A stretch of DNA of 64,000 nt, taken from Alphaproteobacteria bacterium (GTDB taxonomy: Bacteria; Pseudomonadota; Alphaproteobacteria; CAAGCB01; CAG-977). Made by a program: the position numbers and the translations under genes. The stretch is taken from NCBI GenBank assembly GCA_900768465.1, contig CAAGCY010000014.1, forward strand, positions 83 to 64,082, given 5' to 3'. The notes under the pieces are model-generated. The model ran no database searches and had not been told where the DNA came from. It saw only the letters and a program-made list of their open reading frames with translations. Shown here one piece after another: positions 1 to 10,155 of the stretch (the first letter of the stretch is position 1; every line of letters begins with the position of its first letter).

Positions 1-1888
1 CCGCCAAACACTTTGCCTTGAACGGCTTTGCCTGCACCGAACGATAGTCGATGCCCGCCGATTTCACCATGTCTTTGGTATATTTCGCCAGCGAATCAAT
101 CAGCTTTGTTTCAAGCGGTGTCGGTTTGTAGTAATCATCCGATTTTTGCGCGTTTGATGTGCGGAAAGCCAGCTGATCCACCATTTTCAGCAAAACTTCG
201 CCGCTGATTTCGGGTTGCTGCGGTTCGGCGGCTTTCGGTGCCTGTTTTACTTCGATTTTGGGGTCGGCGGTTTGTGGAACAGCCTGCCGCTCGGTTGTTT
301 TAGGAGCGGTCTGATTTTCAACGCTTTTTTCGGATTCAATCTTTTTCAACAAATCGTTCGCCATCGGATGGAAAAAGTTGCTGAAATCTTTTGCCAGTTT
401 TTCAGGTGATTTAGACGGGTCAAGAAGGATTACCCGTTCTTTTTTGAACGCAAAACCGTTTTTGCCGGCTTTGTCGTGAAACGCCAGCGTAATTTCCTGC
501 CCCGCCGCAGTCAGTTCTTCGATTTTTTTTCTGGCGTACGGGGATTCCATCACGATTGCCATCATTTTTTGCGCTTTCAGGGTGCGTTTTTTGACTTCCT
601 TTTCCCCGATTTCTTTTTTCGCTTTAGATTCTTCCGCTATACCGCGCTGGGCTTGAAACGGAATTTTCCCGGTGACCTTTCCGTCTTTGTCCGATGCGAC
701 GTACAAATCCGTTTTTCCGAAGCTGTGATACTGTTTCATCGCCCCCAGTTTAGAGGAGGGATTCAAAAAATTTTTCAGTTTTTGTTTTGCGGACAGCAGT
801 TTTGTTTTCGCTTTAAACATTAATCCCGCCAATCCGCCACGGGTTCTGTTGTCCGTTATGCCGTACGCCGTTCTGACCCACAGATTTTCCGGATTTTCCG
901 TCGTTTTTTCGCCGTTTTTCTTCAACTTTTCAGTCCAGCGGGTTATCGCGCGGGCGATTGTCGGCGTCACATAATTGAAATCGTACATGCGCAGAACGGA
1001 ATGAACTTTCATTTCTTTGATTTCGTCTACATCTTCTTTCCGCATACCGATGGTGTGGGCTTTGAACGCTTCAACATCGTTCAATTCTTTTCCATTCATA
1101 AATACAGTCGCCTGACTTTCGACTTTTCGGGCGAATGACTGAACGTTTCCGGTGAACCGTTCCGAAGAAAAGGCGTCTTCTTCCTTGACGTAGCCATGAT
1201 AGTGATCCGCGTAACATTTCGCCTTCGTATAACTGGACGCGTATCCTTTCATTCCCGCCAGAATGCAGTCCAATTCAGGCTTTCCTGCGTCCATCGCCGC
1301 GGCATAAGTTTTCAAACCGGGGCTATACCTCTTTACGGTGTCAAACGCTTTGGCGGCGTCTTTATTCCTGTCTTTCATTTCATACATATATTGATAGTTT
1401 GCCGTATCCGCCGCCGCTTCATACATGCGATCGTTTAAAATGGATTCGGATAGAGTAAGTCCCTGGCATTTCCATTCGTCCAAATCACCTTTGACATACT
1501 GATATTGATGCTGAAATTCATGGCAGAATATTCCCGCCGCCTCATAGCCCGTTCCGGATAAAGGGGTGATGGAAATAACCGCGCCGTTGCAATAACCGCC
1601 GCAATCCGTTTTGGCATGATTGCGAATCAGAAGCGGGCGTTTTTCCAACGGCAGGTCGCGGATTTTCTTTAATTGAGTCGGGCTTTCAATGACTTTGGAC
1701 AAGATTTCGCGCAGAGCTTCTTTGTCTTCTTTATCGCCCTTGACTGGAAAATAATCGTCTTTTCCGTCGCCGAAACGCAGAATTTCCTTTTCCGGATCGT
1801 TCGGATCTTTTTCGATTTTCACCGTTTGTGAACTGGAAACGATTTCTTTTTTCTTTCCGCCAAACAGCGATTGCAAAAACGAAGCCAT
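1..1888 (-). CDS. large hypothetical protein with HExxH metalloprotease-type motif (N-terminal >=629 codons; ORF continues past the left window edge)
   Basis: Own translation of the minus strand from ATG 1886-1888 (MASFLQSLFGGKKKEIVSS...) stays open to base 1. It is absent from the supplied ORF track because no stop lies in the window. CHEFQHQYQY is present, with HEFQH encoded at 1508-1522. Confidence 0.6.
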   Translation of the reverse strand, partial: MASFLQSLFGGKKKEIVSSSQTVKIEKDPNDPEKEILRFGDGKDDYFPVKGDKEDKEALREILSKVIESPTQLKKIRDLPLEKRPLLIRNHAKTDCGGYCNGAVISITPLSGTGYEAAGIFCHEFQHQYQYVKGDLDEWKCQGLTLSESILNDRMYEAAADTANYQYMYEMKDRNKDAAKAFDTVKRYSPGLKTYAAAMDAGKPELDCILAGMKGYASSYTKAKCYADHYHGYVKEEDAFSSERFTGNVQSFARKVESQATVFMNGKELNDVEAFKAHTIGMRKEDVDEIKEMKVHSVLRMYDFNYVTPTIARAITRWTEKLKKNGEKTTENPENLWVRTAYGITDNRTRGGLAGLMFKAKTKLLSAKQKLKNFLNPSSKLGAMKQYHSFGKTDLYVASDKDGKVTGKIPFQAQRGIAEESKAKKEIGEKEVKKRTLKAQKMMAIVMESPYARKKIEELTAAGQEITLAFHDKAGKNGFAFKKERVILLDPSKSPEKLAKDFSNFFHPMANDLLKKIESEKSVENQTAPKTTERQAVPQTADPKIEVKQAPKAAEPQQPEISGEVLLKMVDQLAFRTSNAQKSDDYYKPTPLETKLIDSLAKYTKDMVKSAGIDYRSVQAKPFKAKCLA

Positions 1889-1934
1889 GACATAGCCCTT
1901 TCTAAAGTTGTTAAGGACTATATTAGACAAAAAC

Positions 1935-2963
1935 TTACGGTTTTGCAAACAAATCCGCACCGTCCGAAACGGGCGGCTGAAGTCCCAGATGCTTGAACCC
2001 CAGTGCGGTCAGCATGCGTCCCCGCGCGGTTCTTTGGATAAAGCCCTGCTGCAGCAGATACGGTTCGATGACTTCCTCGATTGTATCGCGTTCTTCGGAC
2101 AAAGCGGCGGCAAGCGTGTCCGCCCCGACGGGACCGCCCGCGTATTTGTGCGCGATACAGCCCAAATACCGCCTGTCCATCATATCCAATCCCGATAAAT
2201 CGACATCCAAGCGTTTCAGCGCTTTGTCCGCCAGCGCCGCATCGATTTCCTTTTTGCCTTCAAACGCGGCAAAGTCGCGCACCCGCTTCAACAGCCGCCC
2301 CGCGACACGCGGCGTTCCGCGCGCCCGCTTGGCGATTTCGTGCGCGCCGTCCGCGGTAATCGCGACATTCAGCACGCCCGCGCCGCGCGTCACAATCTTT
2401 TCCAAATCGGCGGGTTCGTAAAAATCCAGCCGCAAAGGAATCCCGAAACGGTCGCGCAAAGGCTGCGTCAGCAATCCCGACCGCGTCGTCGCGCCAATCA
2501 GCGTAAACGGCTGCAAATCAATGCGCACCGACCGCGCCGCGGGTCCTTCGCCGATAATCAAGTCCAGCTGAAAATCCTCCATCGCGGAATAAAGGACTTC
2601 CTCTATCGCGGGGTTCAAGCGATGAATTTCATCAATAAAAAGGACGTCGTTCTTTTCCAGATTTGTCAAAATCGCCGCCAAATCGCCCGCTTTGGAAATC
2701 ATCGGCGCGGACGTGGCGCGAAAACCGACGCCCAACTCGTGCGCGACAATCTGCGCCAAAGTCGTCTTGCCCAACCCGGGAGGTCCGAAAAACAAAATAT
2801 GGTCAAGCGCTTCGCCGCGCGTCAACGCCGCCGTGACAAACACTTTCAGATTGTCGCAAACGTTCCGTTGCCCCGTAAAGTCCGCCAATGTCTGCGGGCG
2901 CAGTTTGACAAGATCGTCGTCGCCGTCGCGTTTGACGGGGGAAATGATTCTTTCTTCGGTCAT
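1935..2963 (-). CDS. ruvB: Holliday junction branch migration ATPase RuvB
   Basis: 342 aa; Walker [12 protein letters not shown], Walker [11 protein letters not shown]; 4-nt overlap with ruvA. Confidence 0.95.
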   Translation of the reverse strand: MTEERIISPVKRDGDDDLVKLRPQTLADFTGQRNVCDNLKVFVTAALTRGEALDHILFFGPPGLGKTTLAQIVAHELGVGFRATSAPMISKAGDLAAILTNLEKNDVLFIDEIHRLNPAIEEVLYSAMEDFQLDLIIGEGPAARSVRIDLQPFTLIGATTRSGLLTQPLRDRFGIPLRLDFYEPADLEKIVTRGAGVLNVAITADGAHEIAKRARGTPRVAGRLLKRVRDFAAFEGKKEIDAALADKALKRLDVDLSGLDMMDRRYLGCIAHKYAGGPVGADTLAAALSEERDTIEEVIEPYLLQQGFIQRTARGRMLTALGFKHLGLQPPVSDGADLFAKP

Positions 2964-3571
2964 GGCGCAAATTCTTTCAAAGCGTCGCGAATCAAATCGC
3001 CGACCTGCGCCGATTCTCCGCGTTGTTTAAACGATTTGGCGACCGCCATCGCGGCATCCATGCGGGCATAGCCCAAATTTACCAAAGCCGACACGGCGTC
3101 CGACACGGCATTATTGCCGCCTTGGATGACTTCGCCCGACGGCGTGTCCGTCCCCGCCGCCGACACCATGCCGCCCGTCTTGCCTTTTAATTCCGTCGCA
3201 ATGCGGACGGCAAGCTTTGGTCCCACGCCGGGGGCGCGCGTTATCGTTTTGGAATCGCCCGACGCAATCGCCATGGACAGCTCCGTCGGACTCAGCACGG
3301 ACAAAATCGCCAAAGCGACTTTTGTCCCGACACCCTGCACGCCGCTTAACAGCAGATACCAGCTTTTTTCCACCGCGTCCGCAAAGCCGATAAGCCGTAT
3401 CGCGTCTTCGCGCACTTGGGTTTCAATCAGCAAAGACGCGGACTGCCCCGCCGCGGGCAGCTTTGCCAGCGTTTTGTTGGAACAGAACACGCGGTATCCC
3501 ACGCCGTTCACGTCCAAAATCAAAAACCCGTCCCCCGTCGAATCAAGGATTCCCCGCAGTTTGGCTATCAT
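2960..3571 (-). CDS. ruvA: Holliday junction DNA helicase subunit RuvA
   Basis: [28 protein letters not shown] is a typical RuvA N-terminus. Start moved to the internal ATG 3569-3571, which overlaps the ruvC stop (ATGA); the track ORF extends to 3631. Confidence 0.9.
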   Translation of the reverse strand: MIAKLRGILDSTGDGFLILDVNGVGYRVFCSNKTLAKLPAAGQSASLLIETQVREDAIRLIGFADAVEKSWYLLLSGVQGVGTKVALAILSVLSPTELSMAIASGDSKTITRAPGVGPKLAVRIATELKGKTGGMVSAAGTDTPSGEVIQGGNNAVSDAVSALVNLGYARMDAAMAVAKSFKQRGESAQVGDLIRDALKEFAP

Positions 3572-4086
3572 TTCATCAGCTCCGCCAGTGCGTTCAGGCG
3601 CGCCGCCGCGACGCGCATATAAGAATGACAAATCGCCGCCGCCAAAGCGTCCGCCGCGTCGGGACGCAGTTTGCCCGCCGCGGGAACAAGCGTATGCACC
3701 ATCATATCGACCTGATGTTTTTCGGCATGTCCCGCGCCGACGACGGCTTTTTTGATTTGGTTGGGCGTGTATTCGGAAACGGGAATGCCCGATTCCGCGG
3801 GGGCGAGCAGCACAACGCCGCGCGCCTGCCCCAATTTCAGCGTCGAAGTCGGATTTTTGTTGACGAACGTTTCTTCGATTGCCGCTTCGTTCGGGGCGAA
3901 TTCGGAAACAACCGCGCGAATTTTGGCGTGAAGCTCCGCCAACCGTTCCGCCAGCGACAAGCCGTCGGTCGAATCGGCAACGCCCGCCCCGACAAACGTC
4001 AGCCGCGAATCACAGCTGTCCAGAACAGCCCAACCCGTATGGCGCAAGCCGGGGTCAAGCCCCAAAATCCGCACGGTTTTTCCCAA
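3568..4086 (-). CDS. ruvC: crossover junction endodeoxyribonuclease RuvC
   Basis: 172 aa; ILGLDPGLRHTGWAV N-terminus with the catalytic Asp; ruvC-ruvA-ruvB order. Confidence 0.9.
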   Translation of the reverse strand: MGKTVRILGLDPGLRHTGWAVLDSCDSRLTFVGAGVADSTDGLSLAERLAELHAKIRAVVSEFAPNEAAIEETFVNKNPTSTLKLGQARGVVLLAPAESGIPVSEYTPNQIKKAVVGAGHAEKHQVDMMVHTLVPAAGKLRPDAADALAAAICHSYMRVAAARLNALAELMK

Positions 4087-4088
4087 AA

Positions 4089-4838
4089 TCAGTCTTCCAG
4101 TTTCGCCATGATTTCGTCGGAAACGGAAACGTTTGAGGCAACGCGCTGAACGTCTTCCTCGTCATTCAAGGTTTCTACGAAATCAAAGAATTTCTTGGCG
4201 ACATCGACATCGGTCAGTTCGGCTTCGACCAGCGGTTTCCAATCGAAACGGCAAACGGTCGGTGTGTCGAACTTGGCTTCCAGCGCTTCTCGAACCGCGC
4301 CCAAATCGTCGGGAGCGCACAAAATGCGGTGCGTTTCTTCGTCGGATTCGACATCGTCCGCGCCGGCTTCCAAAGCGGCTTCAAACATCGCGTCGGCTTC
4401 GGCGACAGAAGCGGGATATTCAATCAAGCCGACACGCTGGAAATTGAACGCGACGGAACCCGTTTCACCCATGACACAGCCCGCTTTGCCGAAAATCGAA
4501 CGGACGATGGGAGCGGTGCGCTTGGGATTGTCGGTCAACGCTTCAACGATGACGGCGACATTACCCGGACCGAATCCTTCGTAGCGGATTTCTTCGTAGT
4601 TTGCGGCATCGCCCGCGGCGGCTTTTTCAATCGCGCGTTTGATGTTGTCCTTGGGCATATTTTCGGCGCGCGCGGCGGCAATGGCGGCGCGCAAACGCGG
4701 GTTGTACGCGGGATCGGGCAGTCCCGATTTCGCGGCTACCGTGATTTCACGGCCCAGTTTGGAAAACGTGCGGGCGCGGATTTTGTCCTGCGCGCCTTTG
4801 CGGTGCATAATATTTTTAAATTGTGAATGACCAGACAT
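4089..4838 (-). CDS. yebC: YebC/PmpR family DNA-binding transcriptional regulator
   Basis: 249 aa; [32 protein letters not shown] is the canonical YebC N-terminus; directly upstream of ruvC as in many bacteria. Confidence 0.9.
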   Translation of the reverse strand: MSGHSQFKNIMHRKGAQDKIRARTFSKLGREITVAAKSGLPDPAYNPRLRAAIAAARAENMPKDNIKRAIEKAAAGDAANYEEIRYEGFGPGNVAVIVEALTDNPKRTAPIVRSIFGKAGCVMGETGSVAFNFQRVGLIEYPASVAEADAMFEAALEAGADDVESDEETHRILCAPDDLGAVREALEAKFDTPTVCRFDWKPLVEAELTDVDVAKKFFDFVETLNDEEDVQRVASNVSVSDEIMAKLED

Positions 4839-4893
4839 AACACTCCTCGGATCATTGAGGTTAAAACAAATTTCGACACCCTTTTACCACTTT

Positions 4894-5709
4894 TTAAAGC
4901 GGCGGTAAAGATTCCTGTAGGCGTCCGCCGTACCGAATCATATAAATTCTTTCAGCCAAGCCCGTTTTGTCGTTCGTATCGATTAAAACGCCGCAAACGG
5001 TCGCGTCGCCTTTGACGGGCTGGAATTTTTCGTTGCGCAAGCCTGTTACAAAGCGGCTGACGGGTTCTTTTTTATCCATGCCGATGACGGAATCGAAACA
5101 ACCGCACATTCCCGCGTCGGTCAGATACGCCGTGCCGTTCGGCAAAATCTGCGCGTCCGCCGTCGGAATATGCGTGTGCGACCCGACGACCAAGCTGACT
5201 TTGCCGTCGCAAAACTGCCCCAAAGCCATCTTTTCACTGGTCGCTTCGCCGTGAATATCGACAACCATCGCCTGCGCGTCGCGTCCCAGCTTCAGCCGTT
5301 CCGTCCAGTCGCCGACGGCTTTGAACGGATTGTCCGTCGCTTCCATGTAAACGCGCCCCTGAATATGCATAACGCCGACTTTGCGCCCGTCGGGCAAAGT
5401 GTAAAAGCCGCATCCCGCCCCCGGCGCGCCGTTCGGGAAATTGGCGGGACGCACCAAGCGCGGTTCTTCGTTCAGCAAAGGACGAATGTCGGGATGTTCC
5501 CAACCGTGATTGCCCGTCGTGATGACGTCCGCCCCCGCCGAAAACAAGTCGCGGCAAATCCCCGGAGTCAGTCCGAAGCCGTGAGCGGCGTTGTCGCCGT
5601 TGACGATAACGAAATCAACGCGGTATTTCCGCCTGAAATCGGGTAAAGTGTCAACAACCAGCTTTCTGCCGCTTTGACCGACGACATCGCCCAAAAACAA
5701 AATACGCAT
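4894..5709 (-). CDS. YmdB-like (TIGR00282-type) metallophosphoesterase
   Basis: 271 aa; MRILFLGDVVGQSGRK, VNGDNAAHGFG, TGNHGWEH, DIHGEATSEK metallophosphoesterase motifs. Confidence 0.8.
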   Translation of the reverse strand: MRILFLGDVVGQSGRKLVVDTLPDFRRKYRVDFVIVNGDNAAHGFGLTPGICRDLFSAGADVITTGNHGWEHPDIRPLLNEEPRLVRPANFPNGAPGAGCGFYTLPDGRKVGVMHIQGRVYMEATDNPFKAVGDWTERLKLGRDAQAMVVDIHGEATSEKMALGQFCDGKVSLVVGSHTHIPTADAQILPNGTAYLTDAGMCGCFDSVIGMDKKEPVSRFVTGLRNEKFQPVKGDATVCGVLIDTNDKTGLAERIYMIRYGGRLQESLPPL

Positions 5710-5713
5710 AAGT

Positions 5714-6289
5714 TCACTTAACCTTTATCAATTCGGATTCCGTTAAAATCCAGTCCATTTTTTCGTCGGTGTCCTCGACGGGAACTTCGTCGATTTCCTG
5801 CGCCGAAAAGCCCGTTCCGACAACGATGACTTCGGGATTTTTCGCCCGCAGTTCATGCACGGTTCTGTCATAAAAACCGCCGCCGTATCCCAGCCGTCCC
5901 CCCTGTCTGTCAAACGCCAGCAAAGGCAAAAACAGAACGTTCGGTTCGACGGTTTCATATTTTTCATCGGGCTGTTCCGTGCCGTAAAGCCCTTTGACCA
6001 GCTCGGCTTGAGGCGACCACAGGCGGAACAGCAGCGATTCGCGCTTGCCCGTCACAACGGGCAGACAGACGGGCGTTCCCTTATCATAAAACGCGTTCAT
6101 CAAAGGACGCAGATCCAGTTCGGTTTTCAAAGCCCAATACGCAGAAACAACGGGGCTTTGAGGCATCGGCAGCGAATCGGCGATTTGCGGCAAATCCCGC
6201 GCGGCGTATCGGGCGAAATCCGCCCCCAGTTCCGTCCGTTTGTGAACGGCGGCGTCGCGCAAACGATGCTTTAAAAAAGAATAGTCCAT
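5714..6289 (-). CDS. 5-formyltetrahydrofolate cyclo-ligase
   Basis: 191 aa from internal ATG 6287-6289; C-terminal LGYGGGFYDRT motif typical of the family. Confidence 0.8.
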   Translation of the reverse strand: MDYSFLKHRLRDAAVHKRTELGADFARYAARDLPQIADSLPMPQSPVVSAYWALKTELDLRPLMNAFYDKGTPVCLPVVTGKRESLLFRLWSPQAELVKGLYGTEQPDEKYETVEPNVLFLPLLAFDRQGGRLGYGGGFYDRTVHELRAKNPEVIVVGTGFSAQEIDEVPVEDTDEKMDWILTESELIKVK

Positions 6290-6313
6290 ACCCGAACCTT
6301 TGAAAAAAGACAA

Positions 6314-6496
6314 GGAAGACTGCTTTGACCGTGGAATCAACTCACGCGTCGCGTGGGCCGCTTGGAAAAGGTGGGAACCATGTACCGCCCCCGCTGAACT
6401 AACGAAAGCTCATTGGCTGACGGCAGAGACAGCTCCCTTGATTTTAAACGTTGGCCCCGAGTACCTGCGGGATCCTCACGCATCAAGAAGTCTTCC
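6314..6496 (-). ncRNA. ssrS: probable 6S RNA
   Basis: ORF-free gap between zapA and the cyclo-ligase gene reproduces the E. coli zapA-ssrS-ygfA synteny. On the minus strand, 5' GGAAGACU (6489-6496) and 3' AGUCUUCC (6314-6321) form a perfect 8-bp closing stem about 183 nt apart. Confidence 0.5.
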
Positions 6497-6506
6497 GCGC
6501 AACAGT

Positions 6507-6830
6507 TTACGCATTTTCAATCGTTTCGGCAAGGGCTGAAATCCGTTCAGCCGCTTTTTCCACCGTTTGGGCGGCATAATCCACAACTTCGGATGTAATC
6601 GCGCTTTCGCGTTCCAGCCGCGCGGCGGCGTCGCCGCGTTCGGACAAATCGCTTGCCAGCATCAGCGCGCCCATCACCAGCCCCATGTTTTCGGGCATCG
6701 GGCGGCGGCTGTTGAGCATCGTTACCTTGGTATCCAAAGCCTTTGCAAGAGTCTGCAGTTGAGCTTCCTGTCCGTCGGCGCACATCATCGTGTATTTGCG
6801 CCCGCCGATTGTCAGCGTTACTTCAGCCAT
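6507..6830 (-). CDS. zapA: cell division protein ZapA
   Basis: 107 aa; MAEVTLTIGGRKYTMMCADGQEAQLQTLAKALD is a ZapA-like N-terminus. Confidence 0.8.
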   Translation of the reverse strand: MAEVTLTIGGRKYTMMCADGQEAQLQTLAKALDTKVTMLNSRRPMPENMGLVMGALMLASDLSERGDAAARLERESAITSEVVDYAAQTVEKAAERISALAETIENA

Positions 6831-7458
6831 CGGATGAATCCCCCTTTAAAATACGCAGTTCCTCCAGCGTCGAATCCAGCCGTTCGGCAGCCTGCCGCGT
6901 CGTTTCCTTGATTTCGGCGAAAGCCGTCTGAATACCGTCGCGTTCGACGGCGATTCGCTCTTTTTCCGCCGCCAGCGCGTTTTTGTCGTTTTCCAGCTCG
7001 GCAACCAGTTTTTTCAGCGATTCGATTTGAGCTTTGGCGGCGGTCAGTTCGCCGTTGTCCGTCGATTCGCCCGCGCTTTGTTCCAAGCGGCGCAATTCGT
7101 TTTCGGCGTCGTCTTTAGCTTTAATCAAAGCGGGACGTTCCGCCGCCCAACCTTCGCGGAATTTTTTGAACTGCTCGCGTTCGCCCAACAGCTGATTCTT
7201 TTCGGCAATCAAGCGGTTGCGGGTCGCCGTCAGTTCGCCGATTTGCTCTTTCAGCTCGCCGTTTTCCGATTCGTTTTCCCGCGCCTGCTCCAGCTGTGCG
7301 GTCAGCGTTTCGACCTGTGCGAACAGTTCGCCGTTTTTAGCCCGCATGGCGGCGGATTCGGCACGTTCCCGCGCCAGTTTTTCCCCCGCCGCTTCCAGTT
7401 TCCGCGCCGCTTGCGCCAAATTTTCCAAAGCCGTTTGCAGCCGTTCGTTCAAGCTCAC
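6823..7458 (-). CDS. coiled-coil protein overlapping zapA (possible ZapA-associated division protein)
   Basis: 211 aa, almost entirely heptad-like E/L/A/K/Q-rich sequence; 8-nt overlap with the zapA start. Confidence 0.55.
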   Translation of the reverse strand: MSLNERLQTALENLAQAARKLEAAGEKLARERAESAAMRAKNGELFAQVETLTAQLEQARENESENGELKEQIGELTATRNRLIAEKNQLLGEREQFKKFREGWAAERPALIKAKDDAENELRRLEQSAGESTDNGELTAAKAQIESLKKLVAELENDKNALAAEKERIAVERDGIQTAFAEIKETTRQAAERLDSTLEELRILKGDSSDG

Positions 7459-7573
7459 CGTACTTCATCCCCGTTGTTGAAATTTGCCCTTAGATTAGGA
7501 TTTTGCCGCCCGTTGTGCAACGATTTATTGACGATTTGATGCGACAATCGCCCCCAAGCCAACGGAGGTTGTT

Positions 7574-8023
7574 ATGAAACAAGGACTTTTTCTGATTTGC
7601 CCGACAGGAACGGAAGCGGACGTTTTGAACAAAATCGCCCAAATCGATTCCGCCGACGCTTTTTTGTATGAAGGCACAAACGCCCTGCCCGAAATCAAAA
7701 ACGCCGTGCAAGCCAAAAATATCGCTTTCATCGTTGAAAACGATGCGGAGCTGGCTTTGAAACTGGGCGCGGACGGCGTGCAGGTTCCGTATGCGAAAGG
7801 GCTGAAAAACATCAAAGCGGCTTTGGGCGATTTGGCTTTGGGCGTTGTGTGCTCCACGCGCGACGAAGCGATGCGCGCGGGCGAAGCGGGGGCTGACTAT
7901 ATCGCTTTCGACGGCGAAAAAGCCGCGGAGCTCGCCCTATGGTGGATTGAACTGTTCACCGTGCCGTGCTTGTCCTTGGCCGCGCCTTGCGAACAGGCGG
8001 ATTTCAAGGTTGCGCGTTTATAA
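7574..8023 (+). CDS. thiamine phosphate synthase-like (TMP-TENI family) protein
   Basis: 149 aa; ...AFIVENDAELALKLGADGVQV...GVVCSTRDEAMRAGEAGADYIAF resembles ThiE/TenI barrels. Confidence 0.5.
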   Translation: MKQGLFLICPTGTEADVLNKIAQIDSADAFLYEGTNALPEIKNAVQAKNIAFIVENDAELALKLGADGVQVPYAKGLKNIKAALGDLALGVVCSTRDEAMRAGEAGADYIAFDGEKAAELALWWIELFTVPCLSLAAPCEQADFKVARL

Positions 8024-8414
8024 ACACGAACGTCTTGTTTAAAAAATACCCCAGCAGAGCGACGGGCAAAGTCAAAGCCGCCCCCGCGATATAGCGATTC
8101 GGCACGCCGCACAACTCAAACAGCCGAATGCCCGCGATATTGGTCAGCGCCAAGACAACATAAACGCCTATAAAACGGACAAACAGCCGCTTTTCAAACT
8201 GTTTGAACACAAACCGCCCGAACGAGTTGAAATTGAACACGACTCCGCACGCCGTCGCCAGAACAACGGCGGCGGGATACGGCACCCCCGCCCAAATCAG
8301 CGCGGCGTATGTGCCGTAATAGAAAACCGTGTTCACCCCGCCCGCGATTAAGAACAGAACGAAGCGTTCGCTCATTCCCGTCAAGCGGCAAACCGACCGC
8401 ATGATTTTTTTCAT
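8004..8414 (-). CDS. GtrA family membrane protein
   Basis: FVLFLIAGGVNTVFYYGTYAALIW...GVVFNFNSFGRFVF GtrA-like pattern. Start set at ATG 8412-8414, which overlaps the epmA stop (ATGA). Confidence 0.7.
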   Translation of the reverse strand: MKKIMRSVCRLTGMSERFVLFLIAGGVNTVFYYGTYAALIWAGVPYPAAVVLATACGVVFNFNSFGRFVFKQFEKRLFVRFIGVYVVLALTNIAGIRLFELCGVPNRYIAGAALTLPVALLGYFLNKTFVFINAQP

Positions 8415-9463
8415 GCGACGGGCGCCCACAAAACGTCTTCGATTCGGCTCGCCCCCGTAATCAGCATGACCAGACGGTCGATGCCGACGGCAATCCCCGC
8501 GGCGGGCGGCATGGCGGCAACGGCGGCAATGAAGTCTTCGTCAATCGGATAGCGTTCGCCGTACAGCTTTTCCTTTAAATCCATGTCGTGTTCAAAGCGT
8601 TCGCGCTGTTCTTTCGCGTCGGTCAGTTCGGAAAACGCGTTGGCAAGCTCGATGCCCGAAGCGTACACCTCGAAACGTTCCGCCAACCGTTCGTCGGACG
8701 GCTTGCGCCGCGACAAAGCCGCCATACACACGGGATAGTCGTACAAAATCGTCGGACGCCCGTCCAACCCCAAGTGCGGCTCGATTTTTTCGTAAGCGAT
8801 ACGGAAATAAATGTCGTCCCAGCGGTCGTCGGGCGACGTTTCAATGCCGATTTTTTTCGCCTGCTCCGCCAAAGGCGCGGGATTTGGCTCCAAAGTCGGT
8901 TCGTCGGGCAAAGTCGCCATCAAATCGAACCCCGCGTATTTCCGCACGGCTTCGGCGACCGAGATTTTTTCCCATTCGACGAACGGATCACATTCGACGC
9001 CGTCGCCTTTAAGCTTTTTGACCCCGCACGAATCGGCGCACGCACGCACCAGTTCGACGGTATCGTCCATCAGCGTCGTATAGTCGCAATTCGCCCGATA
9101 CCATTCCAACATGATGAATTCGGGGTGGTGGTGTTTGGAACGTTCTTCGTTGCGGAACACGCGCGCCATTTGAAAGATTCGGGGCAATCCCGCCGCCAGC
9201 AGCTTTTTCATCGTGAATTCGGGCGACGTGTGCAGATACATCGTGCGGTCGTCCTGCCCGAACGGCTCGACCAGCGCCGTTTGAAACGCTTTCAAGTGCG
9301 GTTCAAGCCCCGGAGAAATTTGCAAAATCGGGGTTTCGACTTCCAAAAAATCCCGCGAAATAAAAAATTGCCGCACGGCTTCGATGATTGCCGCGCGCCG
9401 TTTCAACAGCGGCAAACGGCGGACGTATTCGGCGGGATGCCAGAACGGAATTTGATTGACCAT
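8411..9463 (-). CDS. epmA: EF-P--(R)-beta-lysine ligase EpmA (GenX/PoxA, LysRS paralogue)
   Basis: 350 aa class II aaRS catalytic core without an anticodon-binding domain (FLEVETPILQ, FRNEERSKHHHPEFIMLEWY, GIAVGIDRLVM); divergent neighbour of efp. Confidence 0.85.
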   Translation of the reverse strand: MVNQIPFWHPAEYVRRLPLLKRRAAIIEAVRQFFISRDFLEVETPILQISPGLEPHLKAFQTALVEPFGQDDRTMYLHTSPEFTMKKLLAAGLPRIFQMARVFRNEERSKHHHPEFIMLEWYRANCDYTTLMDDTVELVRACADSCGVKKLKGDGVECDPFVEWEKISVAEAVRKYAGFDLMATLPDEPTLEPNPAPLAEQAKKIGIETSPDDRWDDIYFRIAYEKIEPHLGLDGRPTILYDYPVCMAALSRRKPSDERLAERFEVYASGIELANAFSELTDAKEQRERFEHDMDLKEKLYGERYPIDEDFIAAVAAMPPAAGIAVGIDRLVMLITGASRIEDVLWAPVA

Positions 9464-9570
9464 AAAAAAATTACTCCTTTTTGACGGCTGAGCTCTTGCT
9501 TTACAAAAGCCAATCTGTTATTTTTTGCTAAATTTTATCTTCTTTACTTCTGTATACAAGGAAAAAAGTC

Positions 9571-10134
9571 ATGAAAATGCAAGCTAACCAAATCCGTCCG
9601 GGTTGGGTCATCGAATACAACGGCAAACAATGTCTGGTCATCGGAATCGACTTGGTCATTCCGGGCAAAGGCAACGCCACGATTCAGGTCGAAATGCGCG
9701 ACGTCGCCACGGGCGTCAAAACCCAGCAGCGCTGGCGCACCGCCGACACCGTCGAAAAGCTGATGAGCGAAGACCACGACTGCACTTATCTGTATTCGGA
9801 CGGCAAGGACTTGACGTTCATGATGGTCGACACTTACGACCAGTTCACCGTGCCCAAAGAATTGCTGGGCGACCGCGCCGCTTATCTGCAGGACAATATG
9901 GAATGTGTCGTCCAGTTCATTGAAGGCCACCCCGTCAGCGTCGAAATTCCGGCGAAAGTCATCCAAACCGTCGTTGAAACCGAACCCGTGATTAAAGGGC
10001 AGACCGTTTCGTCGTCCTACAAACCCGCGGTTTTGGACAACGGTTTGCGCATCGGCGTTCCGCCGTTTGTTGCGACGGGCGACAAAATCGTCGTTTCCAC
10101 CATCGACAACACCTATGTCGAACGCGCCAAATAA
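9571..10134 (+). CDS. efp: translation elongation factor P
   Basis: 187 aa; IRPGWVIEYNGK...VIPGKGNATIQVEMRD loop with the modifiable Lys. Confidence 0.95.
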   Translation: MKMQANQIRPGWVIEYNGKQCLVIGIDLVIPGKGNATIQVEMRDVATGVKTQQRWRTADTVEKLMSEDHDCTYLYSDGKDLTFMMVDTYDQFTVPKELLGDRAAYLQDNMECVVQFIEGHPVSVEIPAKVIQTVVETEPVIKGQTVSSSYKPAVLDNGLRIGVPPFVATGDKIVVSTIDNTYVERAK

Positions 10135-10155
10135 TTAAGGAAAGAGGCTTTTTCG

